42,739 nt of DNA, taken from sequence record SRR31156797_3965; one strand, 5' to 3'. Within the stretch, counting starts at the first letter, position 1, and every line of letters begins with the position of its first letter. The position numbers were made by a program, and so were the translations under genes. Below, in pieces: positions 35,677-42,739 of the stretch. Below the pieces are notes generated by a model, which did not search any database, was not told the DNA's origin, and saw only the letters and a list, made by a program, of their open reading frames with translations.

Positions 35677-37947
35677 ATGGGGAAAAATAATAAACTCAGC
35701 ATCATTTTTTTATTTGCAGGAATTTTAACTGCTGCTCTATTCCACTTCTTTATAATCAAAGGGTTACTTAGTGGGCAAAACCTAAATTTTACGTGGAATA
35801 ATTTCATCAATTTACATGATAATCTTGCCCTTTATCTAATTGATAGTTTATGGATAGTATTTCCATTATTTGGATGGTTTACAGGCAAATATTTTGAGAA
35901 AAAGATAAACAAACTGGTTATTGAAATTAAAAATACAAATCAACAATACAGCAAGGTAAATGAAATTGCTACAAACCTTAGCGAAGGAAATGTTGATTTT
36001 GAAGAAGAGGAAAATAATGACAAGATAATCAGAAAACTACTTGGACTTCGGGATAGCCTCAAAAAACAAAAAGAGGAAGAAGAAATTAGGAAAAAAGAAG
36101 ATAATCAACGTCATTGGGTCGCTGAAGGGTTAGCCAAATTTGGCGACATTTTAAGGCAAAATAATGACGATGTTAATAAACTATCATTTGAAATCATCAG
36201 TAAGCTATGTAATTACACTGGCGCCGTACAAGGAGGATTTTACTTATTAGAAGACTCAGATCAAACAGATATACATTTTGAATTAACTGCTCATTTTGCT
36301 TACGACAGACAAAAGTATAATGAAAAAAGACTTGAATGGGGCGAAGGGTTAATTGGTAGATCAGCATTTGAACAAAAAACACTTTACATTGACGAGGTAC
36401 CTCAGGATTATGTAGATATAACATCTGGTTTAGGAGAAGCAAATCCAACAGTTTTACTTATTGTACCACTCAAATTTAACGAAGAAGTGCACGGAGTAAT
36501 AGAACTATCAAGCTTTGCGCATTTCGATCAGTACAAAATAGAATTTGTTGAAAAAATAGCAGAAAATATTGGTTCCACCATTAGTAATGTTAAAATTAAC
36601 ATTAAAACTGCTAAGCTTCTAAAAGATAGCCAGGAACAAGCTGAAAGGTTATCGCAACAAGAAGAAGAAATGAGGCAGAATATGGAAGAGTTGCAAGCTA
36701 CACAAGAAGAAGCAGCAAAACAATCGAAAGAGTTCATAAGCTTTACAAATTCAGTAAATCATACGCTTATTAGAGCTGAATATGATGTAAATGGAATTCT
36801 TCTTTACGCCAATTCTAAGTTCCTAAAATTGCTAGATTACGAGAATAACAGTGAAGTTGAAGGCCATCATATTTCAATGTTTATAAGTGAAAAAGATAAA
36901 GAATGGTTTAATGATATCTGGAGTGAGCTTTCAAGGGGCGGACATCACTTCGAAGGTTATATGAAACATGTAACCAAGAAAGGTAAAGACCTTTGGACAA
37001 TGGCAACCTATACTTGTGTTAGAAATGAAAGTGGTGGTGTAGAAAAAGTATTATTCCTGGCCATTGATACAACGGAGCACAAAAAACAATCAATGGATTT
37101 TGAAGGACAAATTAAAGCCCTCAATCTTGCAAACATTAAGGCCGAATATGCACCTTCAGGTAAATTTATCACATGTAATGAAAGATTTGTTGAAGCCGTA
37201 GGCTATAGCATGGATGAAGTAAAAGAGACAAGTATTTTTGATTTCTTTGCAGATGATGATCAAACAAATTTTGATGAGTTGTGGAATAATGTTGTAAACG
37301 GAACTCCATATCAAGGACAACTAAGTGTTGTGGTAAAAGATCAAAAAGTAAAATGGTTCCAAATGACATTCATGGCAGTAAATAACATGTACAATGAAGT
37401 AGATAAAATACTTGTTTTAGCTCTTGATATTACTGATCAAAAAGAACTACAACTAACAATTAGCGAACAAAATAGGACATTAAAACAACAAGAGGAAGAA
37501 CTCAAAAACTCCGAAATTGAGCTTCAAAAAAGATTAGATACCGCCAAAAAAGAACTCCGTCAACATTTTAAAGAAGTAGAAAAAAGTAAAATCCGAAATG
37601 AAAAAACACTTGAAGGAGCCCTTGATGCTATTCTAACTGCCGATCAGGATGGAAAAATAGAGTTTTTCAACAAAGCAGCTGAAGAGCTCTGGGGTTTTAG
37701 CAGAAAAGATGTTGTAGGTCAAAATGTTAAAATGCTATTCAATAAAGATATCATCAAAAATGATGAATTTGTTAATCGCTTTGTTTCACCCGATAAAGAA
37801 AAAATTGTAAGTGAACGCAGAGAGGTAAGTATAGCGACTAAATCTGGAGAAACAGTACAGGTTCTTATGCTATTATCAGATGCTACAGTGGATAAAATCC
37901 ATACATACACTGCATTTATCCAAAAAATTGAAGTTGAACTTTTCTAA
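35677..37947 (+). CDS. Membrane sensor: 2 TM, HAMP-like, GAF, Glu/Gln-rich coiled coil, three PAS domains; no kinase or MCP output domain
   Basis: Two hydrophobic helices; W..EGLAKF.DILR; GAF (GEGLIG, ITSGLGEA.P, GVIEL); QEEEMRQNMEELQATQEE; PAS/PAC repeats; ends at IEVELF. ATG at 35677. Confidence 0.85.
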   Translation: MGKNNKLSIIFLFAGILTAALFHFFIIKGLLSGQNLNFTWNNFINLHDNLALYLIDSLWIVFPLFGWFTGKYFEKKINKLVIEIKNTNQQYSKVNEIATNLSEGNVDFEEEENNDKIIRKLLGLRDSLKKQKEEEEIRKKEDNQRHWVAEGLAKFGDILRQNNDDVNKLSFEIISKLCNYTGAVQGGFYLLEDSDQTDIHFELTAHFAYDRQKYNEKRLEWGEGLIGRSAFEQKTLYIDEVPQDYVDITSGLGEANPTVLLIVPLKFNEEVHGVIELSSFAHFDQYKIEFVEKIAENIGSTISNVKINIKTAKLLKDSQEQAERLSQQEEEMRQNMEELQATQEEAAKQSKEFISFTNSVNHTLIRAEYDVNGILLYANSKFLKLLDYENNSEVEGHHISMFISEKDKEWFNDIWSELSRGGHHFEGYMKHVTKKGKDLWTMATYTCVRNESGGVEKVLFLAIDTTEHKKQSMDFEGQIKALNLANIKAEYAPSGKFITCNERFVEAVGYSMDEVKETSIFDFFADDDQTNFDELWNNVVNGTPYQGQLSVVVKDQKVKWFQMTFMAVNNMYNEVDKILVLALDITDQKELQLTISEQNRTLKQQEEELKNSEIELQKRLDTAKKELRQHFKEVEKSKIRNEKTLEGALDAILTADQDGKIEFFNKAAEELWGFSRKDVVGQNVKMLFNKDIIKNDEFVNRFVSPDKEKIVSERREVSIATKSGETVQVLMLLSDATVDKIHTYTAFIQKIEVELF

Positions 37948-37968
37948 AAAATATCCAACATAAATTTG

Positions 37969-38010
37969 AAATAAATCGGTGAATAATCATCGATTTATTT
38001 TTATTTATTT
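37969..38010 (+). terminator. Rho-independent terminator closing the chemosensory cluster
   Basis: AAATAAATCGGTGA-ataa-TCATCGATTTATTT followed by a T-rich run. Confidence 0.7.
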
Positions 38011-38050
38011 GCCACACTAACAATTTTAAATAAACGTTTACCAATATAAA

Positions 38051-39493
38051 ATGCGAATCACTCTATTCATATTTAGCTTAATAGCAATTATATTTTCATC
38101 ATGTAAAGACGATGACATATTAACCAGTCCATCGGTAAAACTTAAGTTTTCTACTGATACGGTGATGTTCGATACTGTTTTCACGGGAATAGGCTCAGCA
38201 ACAAAAAGATTCAAAGTTTATAATACCTACAATCAACCCATTAAGATCAGCAGTATCAGAATGGCAAAAGGTAATACTTCAAACTACCATATGAATGTAG
38301 ATGGAATTTCCTCCAATGATGTTAGCAATTTAGAAATAGCTGAAAAAGATAGCATTTTTATCTTTGTCGAAGTGAATATCAATCCATCAGAAGATGACAT
38401 ATTAGAAGAAGATTCCATAGTATTTCAAACCAATGGCAATATTCAAGATGTAAATATGTTGGCTTTTGGACAAAATGTACATTTATTAAAAGATACTGTT
38501 TTGAGTACTTCTACATGGACACCAGACAAACCTTATCTTATTTATAGCCCTATTGCTGTCGACACTTTGGAAACACTTAATATACTACCTGGAACAAAAG
38601 TCTATTTTCATCAAGGGGCCAGCTTATTTGTATTAGGGTCTTTAAAAGCTAATGGAACACTGGCTGAACCTATTATTTTTCAGGGTGACCGCTTAGAGAC
38701 CTTTTACGAAGACAAACCCGGACAATGGGGTGCGTATACTTTTCTTGAAAATGGAGCCACATATGTTTTTGGAGGTATACATTTTTTCCCTGGAAGTTTT
38801 GAAAATGAGATAGATTACGCTATAATAAAAAATGCAAATAAAGGAATTCAATTAGATTCAGCTGTAGGAACCCAACCAACATTAAAAATATCCAATACGA
38901 CTATTTCGAATATGAATCTTGCAGGTATTTATGCGCAAACAAGTAGAGTAAATGGGCACAATATTGTTATAAATAACTGTGCTACCCATGCCATTGTACT
39001 GGCACTTGGAGGTACTTACAACTTTAATCAGGTTACTATTGCCAATTATACTCCCTATGCAATTCGTAATACTGCTTCAGTTGCACTCAATAACTACTAT
39101 GTCGCTGGCAATATTGCCTTTGCTTATGACTTAAATGAAGCAACCTTCACCAACTCAATTATCTATGGAGATGGTGGTGAAGATGGTAATGAAATAGTCC
39201 TTGATTATGCCGGAGAAGGTGCCTTTAATTATTTATTTGATCATTGTTTGGTTAGGCTTAGTGAAGACTTTAATACAAACGACGAAACCCATTTCAAAAA
39301 CCTAATAATCAGTCCTGAAGAAGGCCCAAGATTTATAAGCCGAGATGATTATAACTTTGAATTAGATACGCTCTCACCGGCAATTAATGCAGGTAAAATT
39401 GACTATGGATTATTACACCCAATTGATTTAAATGGCAATAACAGAACAATTGATGAAGCTCCTGATCTTGGAGCTTACGAAAGAAATAACTAA
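38051..39493 (+). CDS. Surface lipoprotein with Ig-like and right-handed beta-helix regions
   Basis: Lipobox FSSC followed by KDDD; FSTDTVMFDTVF; PGQWG; Asn-rich beta-helix repeats; C-terminal SPAINAG...DLNG..R...PDLGAYE (choice-of-anchor-Q-like). Confidence 0.75.
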   Translation: MRITLFIFSLIAIIFSSCKDDDILTSPSVKLKFSTDTVMFDTVFTGIGSATKRFKVYNTYNQPIKISSIRMAKGNTSNYHMNVDGISSNDVSNLEIAEKDSIFIFVEVNINPSEDDILEEDSIVFQTNGNIQDVNMLAFGQNVHLLKDTVLSTSTWTPDKPYLIYSPIAVDTLETLNILPGTKVYFHQGASLFVLGSLKANGTLAEPIIFQGDRLETFYEDKPGQWGAYTFLENGATYVFGGIHFFPGSFENEIDYAIIKNANKGIQLDSAVGTQPTLKISNTTISNMNLAGIYAQTSRVNGHNIVINNCATHAIVLALGGTYNFNQVTIANYTPYAIRNTASVALNNYYVAGNIAFAYDLNEATFTNSIIYGDGGEDGNEIVLDYAGEGAFNYLFDHCLVRLSEDFNTNDETHFKNLIISPEEGPRFISRDDYNFELDTLSPAINAGKIDYGLLHPIDLNGNNRTIDEAPDLGAYERNN

Positions 39494-39499
39494 ATAAGA

Positions 39500-40519
39500 A
39501 TGAAAAAACTGTTTCTTTATATAACTCTTGTTCTTTTTTCAAGTACCATTTTCTCTCAAGAAAGTGATTTCAGAATAGTTTTCTATAATGTTGAAAATTA
39601 TTTTGACCCATTAAACGATAGCCTTACAAGAGATGACGAATTTACTGAAGAAGGAACACGTCATTGGTCATGGTATAAATTCAATCAAAAAACCGCTAAA
39701 ATATACAAAGCCATCTCAGCTTTTAGTCAATGGAAAATACCTGATATTATTGCATTCTGTGAAATAGAAAACAGGTTTGTGCTGGAAAAACTCATCGAGA
39801 AAACTCCTTTCATTGATCAGGATTTCCAAATTATTCATGAAGAAAGTGAAGATTTTAGAGGAATTGATGTAGGATTAATTTATAATCCGGAAACAGTTTG
39901 GCCATTGGAACACCACATGGTCAAAATTCGTTTTGAGGGTAAACCTGACAAAAGGACAAGGGATATATTGCACTTTAAAGCACTTTTAAAAAACAAAGAT
40001 ACTTTGCATGTTTTTGTAAACCATTGGCCCTCAAAATACGGAGGTGCTATAGCTACCATTCCGTTCAGAGCAGAAACTGCAAGAACACTCAAAAAATATA
40101 CAGATAGCATTTTAAATGTAAATCCAAAAGCACATATTGTAATTACCGGCGACTTTAACGACACACCTGATGATGAGTCAATTACAAAACATTTAAATGC
40201 TGCTGACATAGATAAAGCACAAACTGGTCAATTAATCAATCTAAGCTCAAATATTAGTAAGCTTGGTTATCAAGGAACGCATCGCTATCAGGGACAATGG
40301 TCAACCATTGATCAATTTATAGTATCATCTCAAATGGTGAATAAAAATAGTAAAATTTATACCTCTGAAGAATTGCTAAAAGTAGGATATATTGATTTAC
40401 TATTAGAAGAAGATAAGAAGTATACTGGGAGTAAACCTTTCAGAACATTTATTGGGTTTAAATACCATGGTGGGTTCAGTGATCACCTTCCGATTTTACT
40501 TGATTTAAAGCTTCAATAA
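39500..40519 (+). CDS. Exported endonuclease/exonuclease/phosphatase (EEP) family protein
   Basis: Signal peptide; FYNVENYFD, CEIEN, RGIDV, NHWPS, GDFND, DQFIVS, GFSDHLP. Confidence 0.92.
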   Translation: MKKLFLYITLVLFSSTIFSQESDFRIVFYNVENYFDPLNDSLTRDDEFTEEGTRHWSWYKFNQKTAKIYKAISAFSQWKIPDIIAFCEIENRFVLEKLIEKTPFIDQDFQIIHEESEDFRGIDVGLIYNPETVWPLEHHMVKIRFEGKPDKRTRDILHFKALLKNKDTLHVFVNHWPSKYGGAIATIPFRAETARTLKKYTDSILNVNPKAHIVITGDFNDTPDDESITKHLNAADIDKAQTGQLINLSSNISKLGYQGTHRYQGQWSTIDQFIVSSQMVNKNSKIYTSEELLKVGYIDLLLEEDKKYTGSKPFRTFIGFKYHGGFSDHLPILLDLKLQ

Positions 40520-41945
40520 CCTCTTCTTTTGTTTTCTGAATCTCAAATCCTTGCTTACGGGCAAAATTTTTCATAAAATCCCAGGCTTCATCAAAATCAT
40601 TGGCTATTTCACCATCCAATATAGCATTTTTAATGGCTTTTTTTGTGTCTCCCACAATCTTTGAGGGTTTTATATCTAATGCCATTATAATCATTTCTCC
40701 AGTCACAGGAGGCTGAAAATTTCGAACCCGATCTTTCTCCTCCACTTCCTGCAATTTTTTTCTTACAATCTGATAATTATTCAAATACCGTTGTACTTTC
40801 TCATGGTTTTTAGAAGTAATATCAGCTTCGCATAATAACATCAAATCGTCAATATCATCACCTGCCTCATTGAGCAATCTCCTTATAGCAGAATCAGTTA
40901 CCACATCTTCAACAAGCACAATGGGTCGCATGTGCAAGCTTACCATTTTCTGTACATATTTCATTTTTTGATTCAGCGGCAACTTTAATTTTTTAAAAAT
41001 AGCAGGTATCATTTTAGCTCCTTTGAACTCATGCCCATGAAATGTCCATCCATGTCCTTCAGCAAAACGTTTTGTTGGAGGCTTACCAATATCATGAAGT
41101 AATGCAGCCCAGCGCAACCATAAATCATCAGTCAATCTGGCAATATTGTCCAATACTTTAAGAGAATGAAGAAAGTTATCTTTATGAGCCATTCCAGCTT
41201 TTGTTTCGATACCACTCATCGCAGCCAACTCTGGAAATATAAATGACAAAATGCCAGTCTTGGACAATAATACAAAACCAATACTGGGTTTGGGAGATAA
41301 CATTATTTTATGTAATTCATCATTGATTCTTTCCCTTGAAATTATTTCAAGACGTTCCACATTCTTTACAATAGCGTTATAAGCGACATCATCAATTTGA
41401 AAATTTAATTGGGTTGCAAACCTAATAGCTCTTAGCATTCTAAGTGGATCATCAGAAAATGTAATATCAGGATCTTGAGGGGTCTTAATTAAACCCCGCT
41501 TCAAATCAGATAACCCATCAAATGGATCAATTAGTTCCCCAAAATTGTCTTTATGCAAGCTAATTGCCAGCGCATTAATTGTGAAATCCCTTCTTATTTG
41601 ATCATCTTTGATGGTACCATCTTCCACAACAGGTTTTCGTGAATCTCTGGTATAAGATTCCTTTCGCGCACCAACAAACTCATACTCAACCCCCTCCCAT
41701 TGAAACATGGCCGTTCCAAAACGTTTGAAATATGACACATAAATTCCCGGATTAATTTTTTCCGCAGCTTCTTTCGCTAAGCCTATCCCACTGCCTTCAA
41801 CCACAATATCAATATCCTTTGATGGTCTATCTAAGATCAAATCACGTACATAGCCTCCAATCACATATGCTGGCTGATTTTTGGCTGAAACAATTTCTGA
41901 AACAGTCTTAAAAACTATATTTTGAGATAGTTCACTAAACTTCAT
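40476..41945 (-). CDS. cca: CCA tRNA nucleotidyltransferase with HD domain
   Basis: GGYVRD, DIDIVV, ARKESY, RRDFTINA, DDPLRMLRAIRF, ERI, LLHDIGK, FHGHE. Confidence 0.92.
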   Translation of the reverse strand: MKFSELSQNIVFKTVSEIVSAKNQPAYVIGGYVRDLILDRPSKDIDIVVEGSGIGLAKEAAEKINPGIYVSYFKRFGTAMFQWEGVEYEFVGARKESYTRDSRKPVVEDGTIKDDQIRRDFTINALAISLHKDNFGELIDPFDGLSDLKRGLIKTPQDPDITFSDDPLRMLRAIRFATQLNFQIDDVAYNAIVKNVERLEIISRERINDELHKIMLSPKPSIGFVLLSKTGILSFIFPELAAMSGIETKAGMAHKDNFLHSLKVLDNIARLTDDLWLRWAALLHDIGKPPTKRFAEGHGWTFHGHEFKGAKMIPAIFKKLKLPLNQKMKYVQKMVSLHMRPIVLVEDVVTDSAIRRLLNEAGDDIDDLMLLCEADITSKNHEKVQRYLNNYQIVRKKLQEVEEKDRVRNFQPPVTGEMIIMALDIKPSKIVGDTKKAIKNAILDGEIANDFDEAWDFMKNFARKQGFEIQKTKEEVIEALNQVKSEGDH

Positions 41946-41971
41946 CCGGTTCTATTTGTTTAAAGAATGAA

Positions 41972-41979
41972 CAAAAGTA
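41972..41979 (-). promoter_or_regulatory. -7 promoter element for cca
   Basis: TACTTTTG on the minus strand. Confidence 0.55.
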
Positions 41980-42060
41980 AAACTTTTAAGTTTTTGTTCG
42001 AAAGCAAATGCCATGTAAATTATAATATTCAACTTTTAATCAAAATTGAACCTACTTTAA

Positions 42061-42076
42061 TGGCATGCCATTTGCA
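42061..42076 (+). promoter_or_regulatory. Putative sigma-54 (-24/-12) promoter of trxA
   Basis: TGGCATGCCATTTGCA: GG-N10-GC, one mismatch to TGGCACG-N4-TTGC, 43 nt upstream of the ATG. Confidence 0.65.
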
Positions 42077-42119
42077 ACATATCTAGAAATTTAAATTTAT
42101 TCATAAAACAAACAAAGAC

Positions 42120-42485
42120 ATGCCTGAATTTTTAACTAAGGAGACATTTAAAGAAAAAATTTTCAACTTCGAAGATAATAAAGATTGGAAATTTGAAGGT
42201 GACAAACCAGCCTTAATTGACTTTTACGCAGACTGGTGTCAACCATGTAAAATGGTAGCCCCTATATTGGATGAACTTGCAAATGAATATAAAGGTCTTA
42301 TTGATATCTATAAAGTAGATACTGAAGATCAAAAGGAACTTGCAGCAATGTTTGGAATTCAAAGTATTCCATCATTATTATTTATCCCAACAGACGGACA
42401 ACCTCAAATGGCAGCGGGTGCTTTACCAAAAGAAACATTCAAAAAAGCATTTGCTGACGTACTTAAAGTAGAAGAACCAGCATAA
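42120..42485 (+). CDS. trxA: Thioredoxin
   Basis: IDFYADWCQPCKMVAP, GIQSIPSL. Confidence 0.95.
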   Translation: MPEFLTKETFKEKIFNFEDNKDWKFEGDKPALIDFYADWCQPCKMVAPILDELANEYKGLIDIYKVDTEDQKELAAMFGIQSIPSLLFIPTDGQPQMAAGALPKETFKKAFADVLKVEEPA

Positions 42486-42503
42486 TTATATTATAGCTTA
42501 ATT

Positions 42504-42533
42504 AAAAACCTGCCGAATCGGCAGGTTTTTTTT
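42504..42533 (+). terminator. Rho-independent terminator after trxA
   Basis: AAAAACCTGCCG-aat-CGGCAGGTTTTTTTT. Confidence 0.9.
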
Positions 42534-42646
42534 ATTTCAAAATTACTAAACCCGATATTCTTCACTGATTTTTAGGTGCTCGTGAATATAAAACATATAA
42601 AATAGCCGAAAACCAGTATTACATTAAGATTCCTAATATTTTTTAT

Positions 42647-42654
42647 TACATTTG
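42647..42654 (+). promoter_or_regulatory. -7 promoter element driving the TPP riboswitch leader
   Basis: TACATTTG just upstream of the aptamer. Confidence 0.65.
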
Positions 42655-42671
42655 CAGACAAATATAGGTCG

Positions 42672-42739
42672 CAATCGGGGGTGCCGTTATGGCTGAGATC
42701 ACACCCAATGAACCTGATCCGGGTAATGCCGGCGAAGGG
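42672..42739 (+). ncRNA. TPP riboswitch (THI element), truncated by the window edge
   Basis: GGGGTGC-CGTTATG-GCTGAGA-TCACACCC-AATGAACCTGATCCGGGTAATGCCGGCGAAGGG contains the conserved GCUGAGA, ACCC, GAACCUGA and UAAU..GCG.AGG elements. Confidence 0.95.

Noticed and set aside
69-40209. Numerous 60-120 aa ORFs in the track that lie antisense to, or out of frame within, larger genes (e.g. 69-422, 2324-2515, 4769-5059, 27546-27854, 29837-30157, 39880-40209)
   Set aside because: They overlap well-supported genes and show no recognisable motifs, so they are treated as shadow ORFs
1-42739. tRNA, rRNA, IS elements, prophage or integrase genes
   Set aside because: No cloverleaf, rRNA-like tract, transposase, integrase or terminal repeats were recognised; the intergenic gaps are short and mostly explained

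Overview
AT-rich bacterial chromosomal segment from a Bacteroidota genome, most likely Bacteroidales/Marinilabiliales-like. The assignment rests on TAnnTTTG promoters, a T9SS C-terminal sorting domain and ssb-mutY/HU-bS22-rng synteny. The left and right parts are mainly housekeeping: ssb fragment, mutY, HU, a 30-aa bS22-like ribosomal protein missed by the ORF track, RNase E/G, DsbD, fabD, folE with a PTPS-II, futalosine genes mqnB/mqnD, an orphan transketolase N-half, lnt, CCA-adding enzyme, trxA and a TPP riboswitch at the right edge. Several sensor proteins are interspersed. The standout is a ~12.6 kb chemosensory cluster (25330-37947) with cheY, A, W, R, D and B but no recognisable canonical MCP. 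Instead it carries a degenerate MCP/CheZ-like coiled-coil protein, a STAS protein, a DcaP-like porin, a histidine kinase whose phospho-His is replaced by Asn, and a membrane GAF/PAS receptor with a Glu/Gln-rich helix and no output domain. Three of these proteins end in acidic-Phe tails (NLELF, SDEEF, EVELF). No rRNA, tRNA, CRISPR array or mobile element was recognised. All family calls come from motif recognition by eye, not from database searches.
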